64,000 nucleotides of DNA, from assembly GCF_003334305.1 (NCBI RefSeq), contig NZ_QOWS01000017.1, one strand, 5' to 3'. Position 1 is the first letter of the stretch. Each line of letters begins with the position of its first letter. Of the stretch, positions 47,910 through 56,408 are shown piece after piece. Position numbers and translations under genes: made by a program. This stretch comes from Escherichia coli (GTDB taxonomy: Bacteria > Pseudomonadota > Gammaproteobacteria > Enterobacterales > Enterobacteriaceae). The notes beneath the pieces were generated by a model, which saw only the letters and a list, made by a program, of their open reading frames with translations, had not been told where the DNA came from and did no database searches.

Positions 47910-48896
47910 ATGATGAATAAACGTTTTGTTATCAATATGGTGTCTTCGCTGTTATTAGGCGCTGCGCTAATTTCTGCGCCGCTCCAGGCAGCGGAAAAAG
48001 TCGTGGTGAATATCTCTAAAGTCGATGGTATGCCGTGGTTTAATCGCATGGGCGAAGGTGTGGTTGAGGCGGGTAACGCCTTTGGTGTTAATGCGTCACA
48101 GGTGGGGCCTTCAAGTACTGATGCTCCGCAACAAGTTAAAATTATTGAGGATTTAATCGCCCGTAAGGTTAATGCAATTACTATCGTGCCAAACGATGCC
48201 AACGTGCTGGAACCGGTATTCAAAAAAGCGCGAGATGCCGGAATTGTGGTTCTGACCAACGAATCCCCCGGTCAGCCAAGTGCTAACTGGGATATCGAAA
48301 TCATTGATAACGAAAAATTTGCCGCTGAATATGTTGAGCATATGGCGAAACGCATGGGGGGCAAGGGCGGCTATGTGATTTACGTGGGTAGTTTGACCGT
48401 GCCGCAGCATAACTTATGGGCTGACTTGCTGGTGAAATACCAGAAAGAGCATTACCCGGATATGCATGAAGTTACCCGCCGCATGCCGGTTGCCGAGAGT
48501 GTGGATGACTCACGTCGTACCACACTGGACCTGATGAAAACCTATCCTGACTTGAAAGCGGTTGTCTCCTTTGGTTCAAACGGTCCGATTGGCGCGGGAC
48601 GTGCGGTGAAAGAGAAACGGGCGAAAAATAAAGTCGCAGTCTATGGCATGATGATCCCTTCACAGGCGGCATCACTGATTAAAAGTGGTGATATCACCGA
48701 AGGGATTACTTACGATCCGGCCTCTGCAGGTTACGCACTCGCAGCCGTCGCCAGCACGTTGCTGAAGGGTGAAGAGATCAAACCTGGATTAGAAATGCAG
48801 AATCTGGGTAAGGCCGACGTAGATATGGATAAGCGAATTATCCGTTTCCATAAGGTATTACTGGTCAACAAAGACAATATCGACTCACTTTATTAA
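47910..48896 (+). CDS. periplasmic sugar-binding protein, LsrB/RbsB-like (PBP type I)
   Basis: 328 aa. The signal peptide MMNKRFVINMVSSLLLGAALISAPLQA is followed by AEKVVVNISKVDGMPWFNRMGEGVVEAG.., which is collinear with LsrB ([27 protein letters not shown]..). The C-terminus ..LLVNKDNIDSLY parallels LsrB ..VIFNKENIGKYDF. Confidence 0.8.
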   Translation: MMNKRFVINMVSSLLLGAALISAPLQAAEKVVVNISKVDGMPWFNRMGEGVVEAGNAFGVNASQVGPSSTDAPQQVKIIEDLIARKVNAITIVPNDANVLEPVFKKARDAGIVVLTNESPGQPSANWDIEIIDNEKFAAEYVEHMAKRMGGKGGYVIYVGSLTVPQHNLWADLLVKYQKEHYPDMHEVTRRMPVAESVDDSRRTTLDLMKTYPDLKAVVSFGSNGPIGAGRAVKEKRAKNKVAVYGMMIPSQAASLIKSGDITEGITYDPASAGYALAAVASTLLKGEEIKPGLEMQNLGKADVDMDKRIIRFHKVLLVNKDNIDSLY

Positions 48897-48906
48897 TCCA
48901 TTTCTT

Positions 48907-48922
48907 CGGGGCGAAAGCCCCG
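48907..48922 (+). other. intercistronic GAAA-tetraloop hairpin between the binding-protein and ATPase genes
   Basis: CGGGGC GAAA GCCCCG followed by ATTCTTATT. It is a likely mRNA-stabilising or attenuating element. Confidence 0.5.
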
Positions 48923-48944
48923 ATTCTTATTGCCAGGGGATGTT

Positions 48945-50429
48945 ATGGAAACTTTCCTTTCCCTTCGTCATATCAACAAAACGTTTCATGCCACGCGAGC
49001 GCTGCGCGATGTTTCTCTCGACTTTATGTCGGGTGAAGTGCACTGCCTTGCCGGGCAAAACGGCTGTGGTAAATCGACGTTGATTAAAATTATGTCCGGT
49101 GTTTATCGCCCGGATGAGGGAGCGGAAATTACGCTTGGTGGGAAAAACTGGTCAAAGCTGACACCCGCCGCTTCGGTGGCGCAGGGGATTCAGGTGATTT
49201 ATCAGGACCTCTCTTTATTTCCTAACCTGAGTGTCTGGGAGAATATCGCCGTGAATCACTATCACCACGGTCTGTTTGTTAACCGCCGTCGTCTGCGTGA
49301 GGTGGCGCAGGCGGCAATGACCAGTATTAACGTCACATTGCCACTGGATACACTCGTTTCTGAGCTTTCAATTGCCCGCTGTCAGCTGGTAGCAATTTGC
49401 CGTGCACTGGCGCAGGACGCACGGTTGATCGTGATGGATGAACCAACCGCTTCGCTGACCCATCAGGAAGTGCAAGGGTTATTACAGGTGGTGCATCAAT
49501 TGCGGGAACGCGGGATCTGCGTGGTCTTCGTCAGTCATCGTCTGGAAGAAGTGATGGAAGTTTCCGACCGTATTTCAGTGCTGAAAGATGGTGAGCTGGT
49601 CGGGACTTTTCCGGCTGCAGAGATGACCACAAAACAACTCGGTTTCCTGATGACCGGCCAGGAGTTCGAATATCAGGTGCGAGAGTTGTGGCAGGGAAAA
49701 TCCAGCACCCCGGTGCTTGAGGTGCGTAATTTAAGTCGTCATGGGGAATATCTAAATATTAACTTGCGGGTGGAAGCGGGCGAAGTGGTATCGATTGTTG
49801 GCCTGCTTGGTGCGGGGCGCACGGAATTATGTCTGAGTCTGTTTGGTATGACCCGACCGGATGCTGGCGAGATCCTCATCAACGGCCAGCCGGTTACACT
49901 GCATAGTAACCAGGACGCTATCCGCCACGGTATTGGTTATGTTTCGGAAGATCGCATGTCGCGCGGTTTGGTGATGGCGCAATCTATTGAAGACAACATC
50001 ATTAGCACTGTTTTTCACAAGGTAAAAGATCGCTTCGGCTTTCTGAGTGAAACTAAAGTTCGTGACCTGGTGGACAGGCTAATCAAGGCATTGACCATCA
50101 AAGTCTCTGATCCTCATCTTCCGGTGAATACGCTTTCTGGTGGTAACGCGCAGCGAGTATCGATCGCCAAATGGCTGGCGATTGGGCCACGACTGTTGAT
50201 TCTCGATAGCCCGACAGTCGGTGTTGATATCGCCAACAAAGCAGGAATATACGGCATTATCAGCGATCTGGCGGCTCATGGCATTGCGGTATTGATGATC
50301 TGCGATGAAATTGAAGAAGCGTGGTATCAAAGCCACCGGATTTTGGTAATGCAAAAAGGTCAGATCACCCATAGCTTCCTGCCTGACAGCAGTTCTCAGG
50401 CCAGGATTGCGGAGGTGGTAAATGGCTGA
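48945..50429 (+). CDS. CUT2-family sugar ABC transporter ATPase (fused double NBD)
   Basis: 494 aa from ATG 48945. NBD1 has Walker A GQNGCGKST and Walker B LIVMDEPT. NBD2 has GLLGAGRTE, LSGGNAQR and LILDSPT. Confidence 0.9.
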   Translation: METFLSLRHINKTFHATRALRDVSLDFMSGEVHCLAGQNGCGKSTLIKIMSGVYRPDEGAEITLGGKNWSKLTPAASVAQGIQVIYQDLSLFPNLSVWENIAVNHYHHGLFVNRRRLREVAQAAMTSINVTLPLDTLVSELSIARCQLVAICRALAQDARLIVMDEPTASLTHQEVQGLLQVVHQLRERGICVVFVSHRLEEVMEVSDRISVLKDGELVGTFPAAEMTTKQLGFLMTGQEFEYQVRELWQGKSSTPVLEVRNLSRHGEYLNINLRVEAGEVVSIVGLLGAGRTELCLSLFGMTRPDAGEILINGQPVTLHSNQDAIRHGIGYVSEDRMSRGLVMAQSIEDNIISTVFHKVKDRFGFLSETKVRDLVDRLIKALTIKVSDPHLPVNTLSGGNAQRVSIAKWLAIGPRLLILDSPTVGVDIANKAGIYGIISDLAAHGIAVLMICDEIEEAWYQSHRILVMQKGQITHSFLPDSSSQARIAEVVNG

Positions 50430-51393
50430 ACTGAAAAAACGCCATGAATTCTGGCTGGCATTACTGATTGTGGTGCTGTTTGTTGGCCTTGCCTGGCGCA
50501 GCGACGAGTTTCTGACATTCGGTAATTTGTACGATCTCGCCAATAACTATGCCATGTTGACTATTCTCGCCTGTGGTTTGTTTGTGGTGTTGATTTCCGG
50601 TGGAATTGATATTTCGTTTCCAGCAATGACCATCATTGCGCAATACGGCATGGTGCTGTTGCTGCAAAAAATTGGTGGCAACTTCGCTGTCGCGTTTGCA
50701 CTGGCGGGCTGCATCGGCATTTTACTTGGCTTAATTAACGCCTTACTGGTTAATCGCCTACGGGTGCCTTCTATCATCATCACTATCTCGACGCTGAATA
50801 TTTTCTATGGCCTGCTGTTATGGTTGAGTAAAGGTGTGTGGCTGTACGACTTTCCGCCGTGGTTTGAGCAGGGGGTTATGTTGTTCAAGTACACCGATGC
50901 TGATGGCTATGACTATGGCCTTGGTCTGCCGCTGATCGCCATGATTACGGTGGTGCTGCTAACAGCGTTTATCATGAATTTCACCAGTGTAGGGCGCAAA
51001 ATTTATGCCCTTGGCGGGAACCGCGAATCAGCCAGTCGCATCGGCTTTAGCGTGCTGAAACTGCAACTTTTCGTCTATGGCTATATGGGATTGATGTCTG
51101 GCGCTGCGGGTGTAGTGCAGTCGTGGACGGTGATGACTGTCGCCCCCGATTCTCTTCTGGGTTATGAGCTGACAGTACTGGCTGCGGTGGTGCTTGGCGG
51201 CACTAGTTTGCTCGGCGGGCGCGGCACGTTAACCGGTACTTTGCTCGGCGTGGTGTTGTTGGCAGTGATGCAAAACGGGCTAAATTTATTGGGAGTCTCG
51301 TCTTACTGGCAAACATTGATCACCGGCATCATCATCGTTGCCAGCATTAGTGCCACGGCGTGGAGTCAGCATCAGAACCGGAGTCTGCTATGA
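50422..51393 (+). CDS. sugar ABC transporter permease 1 (RbsC/LsrC-like)
   Basis: 323 aa, polytopic. Its start overlaps the ATPase stop by 8 nt (ATGGCTGA). It has the typical GGIDIS and GG(T/R)SLLGGRG motifs. Confidence 0.88.
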   Translation: MAELKKRHEFWLALLIVVLFVGLAWRSDEFLTFGNLYDLANNYAMLTILACGLFVVLISGGIDISFPAMTIIAQYGMVLLLQKIGGNFAVAFALAGCIGILLGLINALLVNRLRVPSIIITISTLNIFYGLLLWLSKGVWLYDFPPWFEQGVMLFKYTDADGYDYGLGLPLIAMITVVLLTAFIMNFTSVGRKIYALGGNRESASRIGFSVLKLQLFVYGYMGLMSGAAGVVQSWTVMTVAPDSLLGYELTVLAAVVLGGTSLLGGRGTLTGTLLGVVLLAVMQNGLNLLGVSSYWQTLITGIIIVASISATAWSQHQNRSLL

Positions 51394-52346
51394 AAAAATC
51401 GTGGCGTAATAACGTTGAGTTTTACTTGATCGGCCTGCTGGTGCTAACTGTTGCCGCGTTCAGCATTACTATGCCGGAGATTTTCTGGTCGATAAGTAAT
51501 TTCCAGTCCGTCGCTTCGCAAATGCCCGTGCTGGGCATTCTGGCGTTGGCTATGGCGGTGACCATGCTTTGCGGTGGCATTAACTTGTCAATTATAGCCA
51601 CTGCTAACGCCTGTTCACTGGTGATGGCGTGGGTGGCGACTCAGTATCCACCGGGTATTGCTACGGTTGTCGCTACGTTACTGGCGGGCGCTGGCGCGGC
51701 GGTGATAATCGGTTTATGTAACGGCGTATTGATTGCTGGTATTCGAGTGTCGCCAATTCTTGCAACGCTTGGGATGATGACGTTGCTCAAAGGGATAAAT
51801 ATTCTGGTGACAGGTGGTAGCGCCATTGCCAATTATCCCTCATGGGTGCTGTGGTTGAATCATGCGCAATGGTTCGGTATTCCGCTACCGATGTGGTTGT
51901 TTGCCGCAGTGGCACTGGGGCTATGGATATTGCTGGAGAAAACGCCGCTCGGTAAAGCCATTTACCTGATTGGGTCTAACGAACGAGCAACACTTTACTC
52001 CGGCATTAACACTCGTCGGGTGCTGATTTGGGTTTATGTCATTTCCGCCTTGCTTTGTGCGGTAGCGGCATTTTTGATGATGTCGAAACTCAACTCGGCT
52101 AAGGCCTCTTATGGCGAATCGTACTTGCTGGTGTCAATCCTCGCGGCAGTACTCGGTGGGGTTAATCCGGACGGCGGCAGCGGGCGGATAATTGGTATGG
52201 TGCTGGCGCTGTTTCTTCTGCAAATTATTGAAAGCGGCTTCAATATTCTCGGTATAAGCCCCTACCTGACGATGGCCTTATGGGGAACGTTGCTGCTCTG
52301 TTTCATTCAGGTTCGCGGCATGTTGGGGCTGGATCGGGTGGTTTAA
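51390..52346 (+). CDS. sugar ABC transporter permease 2 (RbsC/LsrD-like)
   Basis: 318 aa from the ATG at 51390 (MKKSWRNNVEFYLIG..). It has an ATGA overlap with the permease 1 stop. The track ORF begins 10 codons upstream. Confidence 0.85.
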   Translation: MKKSWRNNVEFYLIGLLVLTVAAFSITMPEIFWSISNFQSVASQMPVLGILALAMAVTMLCGGINLSIIATANACSLVMAWVATQYPPGIATVVATLLAGAGAAVIIGLCNGVLIAGIRVSPILATLGMMTLLKGINILVTGGSAIANYPSWVLWLNHAQWFGIPLPMWLFAAVALGLWILLEKTPLGKAIYLIGSNERATLYSGINTRRVLIWVYVISALLCAVAAFLMMSKLNSAKASYGESYLLVSILAAVLGGVNPDGGSGRIIGMVLALFLLQIIESGFNILGISPYLTMALWGTLLLCFIQVRGMLGLDRVV

Positions 52347-52432
52347 ATATTGGCTATATTCAATGGACGCGTTTTGCCGCGATGACATATCAGGCGTCGC
52401 CAAATACACATAGCTAATCAGGAGTAAACACA

Positions 52433-53482
52433 ATGAAGATCAAAGCTGTTGGTGCATATTCCGCTAAACAACCACTTGAACCGATGGATATCACACGGCG
52501 TGAACCGGGACCGAATGATGTCAAAATCGAAATCGCTTACTGTGGCGTCTGCCATTCCGATCTCCACCAGGTCCGTTCCGAGTGGGCGGGGACGGTTTAC
52601 CCCTGCGTACCGGGTCATGAAATTGTGGGGCGTGTGGTAGCCGTTGGTGATCAGGTAGAAAAACATGCGCCGGGCGATCTGGTCGGTGTCGGCTGCATTG
52701 TCGACAGTTGTAAACATTGCGAAGAGTGTGAAGACGGGCTGGAAAACTACTGTGATCACATGACCGGCACCTATAACTCGCCGACGCCGGACGAACCGGG
52801 CCATACTCTGGGCGGCTACTCACAACAGATCGTCGTTCATGAGCGATATGTTCTGCGTATTCGTCACCCGCAAGAGCAGCTGGCGGCGGTGGCTCCTTTG
52901 TTGTGTGCAGGGATCACCACGTATTCGCCGCTACGTCACTGGCAGGCCGGGCCGGGTAAAAAAGTGGGCGTGGTCGGCATCGGCGGTCTGGGACATATGG
53001 GGATCAAGCTGGCCCACGCGATGGGGGCGCATGTGGTGGCATTTACCACTTCTGAGGCAAAACGCGAAGCGGCAAAAGCCCTGGGGGCCGATGAAGTTGT
53101 TAACTCACGCAATGCCGATGAGATGGCGGCTCATCTGAAGAGTTTCGATTTCATTTTGAATACAGTAGCTGCGCCACATAATCTCGACGATTTTACCACC
53201 TTGCTGAAGCGTGATGGCACCATGACGCTGGTTGGTGCGCCTGCGACACCGCATAAATCGCCGGAAGTTTTCAACCTGATCATGAAACGCCGTGCGATAG
53301 CCGGTTCTATGATTGGCGGCATTCCAGAAACTCAGGAGATGCTCGATTTTTGCGCCGAACATGGCATCGTGGCTGATATAGAGATGATTCGGGCCGATCA
53401 AATTAATGAAGCCTATGAGCGAATGCTGCGTGGTGATGTGAAATATCGTTTTGTTATCGATAATCGCACACTAACAGACTGA
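52433..53482 (+). CDS. yahK: NADPH-dependent zinc alcohol/aldehyde dehydrogenase YahK
   Basis: 349 aa. The zinc ADH motifs GVCHSDLH and GHEIVGRV, the structural-Zn cluster CKHCEECEDGLENYC, and GIGGLGHMG (Rossmann) are present. Confidence 0.93.
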   Translation: MKIKAVGAYSAKQPLEPMDITRREPGPNDVKIEIAYCGVCHSDLHQVRSEWAGTVYPCVPGHEIVGRVVAVGDQVEKHAPGDLVGVGCIVDSCKHCEECEDGLENYCDHMTGTYNSPTPDEPGHTLGGYSQQIVVHERYVLRIRHPQEQLAAVAPLLCAGITTYSPLRHWQAGPGKKVGVVGIGGLGHMGIKLAHAMGAHVVAFTTSEAKREAAKALGADEVVNSRNADEMAAHLKSFDFILNTVAAPHNLDDFTTLLKRDGTMTLVGAPATPHKSPEVFNLIMKRRAIAGSMIGGIPETQEMLDFCAEHGIVADIEMIRADQINEAYERMLRGDVKYRFVIDNRTLTD

Positions 53483-53519
53483 AAAAATTAATAAATACCC
53501 TGTGGTTTAACATATTAAC

Positions 53520-53557
53520 TTCGCTCTCCACTTAACTTTTTAGTTAAGGAGAGCGAA
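53520..53557 (+). terminator. long hairpin after yahK
   Basis: TTCGCTCTCCACTTAACT tttt AGTTAAGGAGAGCGAA forms a roughly 17-bp stem with one bulge, followed by an A/T-rich tract. Confidence 0.55.
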
Positions 53558-53724
53558 ATAATATCAAAGTAGCAGTAAAACCTATAACGTAAATTCAAAT
53601 TGTTAAATTAACTCCCTCCAGTACACAATACTTCTCACGTTAGTTATGAGCGATTTCTGATAGTGCCTGGTTTAATGAGAGCTTTATTATCTGCGACGTT
53701 TATTTTTATTTAAGAGAGATCGCG

Positions 53725-54540
53725 ATGATATCATTAAAAGCTCCGCACAATAATTTGATGCCATATACGCAACAAAGCATACTTAATACGGTTAAAAACA
53801 ATCAGTTACCAGAGGATATCAAAAGCTCCCTGGTTTCCTGTGTCGATATATTCAAGGTTTTGATTAAACAATATTATGATTATCCTTATGATTGTCGTGA
53901 TGATTTAGTCGATGACGACAAACTCATTCATCTCATGGCTGCCGTACGAGACTGTGAGTGGTTAGACGATAACGCACTCACCATAAATGTGCAGTTTAAT
54001 GATTTCCCTGGATTTTATGACTGGATGGATTACCCTGATCACCCGGTTAAGTTTGTTTTTCGCATACTTGAAAATCAAAAAGGGACAGTTTGGGTATATG
54101 ACCAGGATGATGCGTTTCTTGATATTAAAGCAAATGTGCAGGCTGGACGCTTTACCGGGCTTAAGAAATTAGTGCAGTTTATCGATTCAGTGCGAACAGA
54201 TTGCAAATGTATTCTTCTTGAACACCATATGCCTTTGCTGAGAATTTTCCCTAAAGGGAAAGAGTGTATGCGTGTGGAAAAATGGCTTCGCGAAATGTCG
54301 TCTATTCCGGAGACAGACGCGCCCATTAAGCAGGCGCTTGCGCATGGATTATTATTACACTTAAAAAATATCCACCCTGTTTTTCCTGAATCACTGGTGA
54401 TGTTATTGCTCTCTGTTCTGGACGTAAAAACATACAGAGATGACGCACGATTAAATGAATGGATATCGAATAGAGTGCAGGAATTAGGTGACAGATATTA
54501 TCCTGTAAATAAGCACGTTAAAATCCGCTACACTCTTTAG
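53725..54540 (+). CDS. yahL: hypothetical protein YahL (no recognisable domain)
   Basis: 271-aa ORF that is AT-rich and acidic/aromatic-rich (..YYDYPYDCRDDLVDDD..). It matches the K-12 yahL position and sequence from memory. Confidence 0.7.
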   Translation: MISLKAPHNNLMPYTQQSILNTVKNNQLPEDIKSSLVSCVDIFKVLIKQYYDYPYDCRDDLVDDDKLIHLMAAVRDCEWLDDNALTINVQFNDFPGFYDWMDYPDHPVKFVFRILENQKGTVWVYDQDDAFLDIKANVQAGRFTGLKKLVQFIDSVRTDCKCILLEHHMPLLRIFPKGKECMRVEKWLREMSSIPETDAPIKQALAHGLLLHLKNIHPVFPESLVMLLLSVLDVKTYRDDARLNEWISNRVQELGDRYYPVNKHVKIRYTL

Positions 54541-54952
54541 TTCAGAAAGGGTTCCACCTGCAAGTTGTTATTCCACCAGAGAGTGAATCGCAAAGCAGGT
54601 AATCATTTCATCTGTATATCCGTATGCCAAATGGCATTCCACCGCCTTTTTCGCCGATATTTTGTTGTGATCGGCGACGCTTCGCTTAAAAAAGCACCAG
54701 CAGTGGTTTCGCAGCTATGCGGTGTATAAAAAATGATCTCATGCAGATGTTTTGTGAATGTGTGGGTTGACATTCATATGAAAAAAATCATAATTCCATC
54801 ATGTTTGTGTGGGGTCTTTTCTGTACCTTACGCATCGCACTCAAGCCTGACAGAAAATATGCTGTAAGGCTCATATCAAAAACCGCCATTAGCTCATCAG
54901 GAAGAGCAGACGACAACCAGGATTGTTGTATGGTACGGGGTTCGAGGCCTCG

Positions 54953-55198
54953 ATGGCGGTCCAACTTTTCAAAACTCTTCTGAATCAGATCCCCTTATTA
55001 TCATCCCTGCAAAGTGGAACATTGCCATTGTTTGGCTATTCAGGACGGGGCAGACCAATGAAAAAAGCCCACACAGGGGAGAGTGGGCTGAAATGGGAAG
55101 CTAAAGACTCAAGTAAACTTATCGGAAATAAGGACCACGCATTACGGGGGCTATCATCGCCGATGGCCGGGATTCGGCAAATCAGGTTGATTACGTAG
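54953..55198 (+). CDS. yahM: small hypothetical protein YahM
   Basis: 81 aa from the ATG at 54953 (MAVQLFKTLLNQIPLLSSLQSG..). It matches my memory of K-12 yahM. The coding status is weakly supported. Confidence 0.5.
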   Translation: MAVQLFKTLLNQIPLLSSLQSGTLPLFGYSGRGRPMKKAHTGESGLKWEAKDSSKLIGNKDHALRGLSSPMAGIRQIRLIT

Positions 55199-55214
55199 AG
55201 AGTAAATTATCTGC

Positions 55215-55886
55215 TCACCGCTGCGTCACCCCTTCGTAAATCAGGCGTAGCGCGAATACACCAATAATTGCACCAATAACCCGACTGGCAACGCGTTGCA
55301 TACGCCCATAAGCACGACGCACAGCGGGCAAAGAAAACGCCTGACTAAGAAAAACTCGCCAGATAATTGATGCGAGCACAATCCCCGCCCAGGCCATTAA
55401 ACGTGCCCATGTTGGTGTTTCGGCATTTAATGTTACTGAGAAAATACTAATAAAAAATAAAACGGTTTGCGGGTTAGAGAGATCGGTAATTAATCCGCGG
55501 CGAAAAAAGACATACCAGGGGGCGCTAATCGGTTGTTGTAGTGTGCTCATTTGCGGTGTTGACTGGCGGCGCATGCTGCACCACGCAAACCATAAGAGAT
55601 AAGCGCCGCCGACGATTCTGATAAGCGAAAAAATCTCCTCACACTGCGTAATTAGTGTTGCAAGACCAAACAAACCCAACCCGGAATAAAATGCATCGCC
55701 CAGCGCCACCCCCAGCCCGGTCAGCACACCTGCGCGTCGACCGGAAGCCAGGCTGGTTTGTACTACCACAAAGAGATTGGCTCCCGGATTAAAAAAAGTA
55801 ATCACGAACAGTCCTACGGTCAGGTAAACGGCGTGCAAAGGATCCATAGTGATTTCATCCATAAATAAGTGAAGTAACTTCATCAT
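55215..55886 (-). CDS. yahN: LysE/RhtB-family amino-acid exporter YahN
   Basis: 223 aa with six hydrophobic helices and the RhtB-type motif ..NPGANLFVVVQTSLASGRRAG... Confidence 0.88.
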   Translation of the reverse strand: MMKLLHLFMDEITMDPLHAVYLTVGLFVITFFNPGANLFVVVQTSLASGRRAGVLTGLGVALGDAFYSGLGLFGLATLITQCEEIFSLIRIVGGAYLLWFAWCSMRRQSTPQMSTLQQPISAPWYVFFRRGLITDLSNPQTVLFFISIFSVTLNAETPTWARLMAWAGIVLASIIWRVFLSQAFSLPAVRRAYGRMQRVASRVIGAIIGVFALRLIYEGVTQR

Positions 55887-56032
55887 ATTTCTACCAAAAA
55901 TAATCGGGTGCGAAAGAGATCACAAAGTGTCTTATTTCCGGTTACTGGCGTTTATGCCCTGACTGAACTAATTATTAATCAACCCAATAATGTGGGTGGG
56001 TGATAGTGTGATAACAACTCTGGAGCCGTAAT

Positions 56033-56308
56033 ATGAAAATAATCTCTAAAATGTTAGTCGGTGCGTTAGCGTTTGCCGTTACCAATGTCTATGCCGCTGA
56101 ATTGATGACCAAAGCGGAATTTGAAAAAGTTGAATCGCAGTATGAAAAAATAGGTGATATTTCAACCAGTAATGAAATGTCGACCGCAGATGCGAAAGAG
56201 GATTTGATCAAAAAAGCGGATGAAAAAGGGGCTGATGTGTTGGTACTGACCTCTGGTCAAACTGACAATAAGATCCACGGCACGGCAAATATTTATAAGA
56301 AGAAGTAA
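56033..56308 (+). CDS. yahO: periplasmic DUF1471 (YhcN-family) protein YahO
   Basis: 91 aa. The signal peptide [21 protein letters not shown] is followed by the DUF1471 tail ..[16 protein letters not shown]...GTANIYKKK. Confidence 0.9.
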   Translation: MKIISKMLVGALAFAVTNVYAAELMTKAEFEKVESQYEKIGDISTSNEMSTADAKEDLIKKADEKGADVLVLTSGQTDNKIHGTANIYKKK

Positions 56309-56374
56309 TTCTGAAACCTATGTAAACATCCCCGATGCGTAAATTTATCGGTGATCATCATCTATTGAAATTTA

Positions 56375-56407
56375 TGCCGGATAAAGCGTTCGCGCTGCAT
56401 TCGGCAG
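56375..56407. repeat. single REP element between yahO and prpR
   Basis: TGCCGGATAAAGCGTTCGCGCTGCATTCGGCAG has a REP-type imperfect palindrome. Confidence 0.7.
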
Positions 56408-56408
56408 T

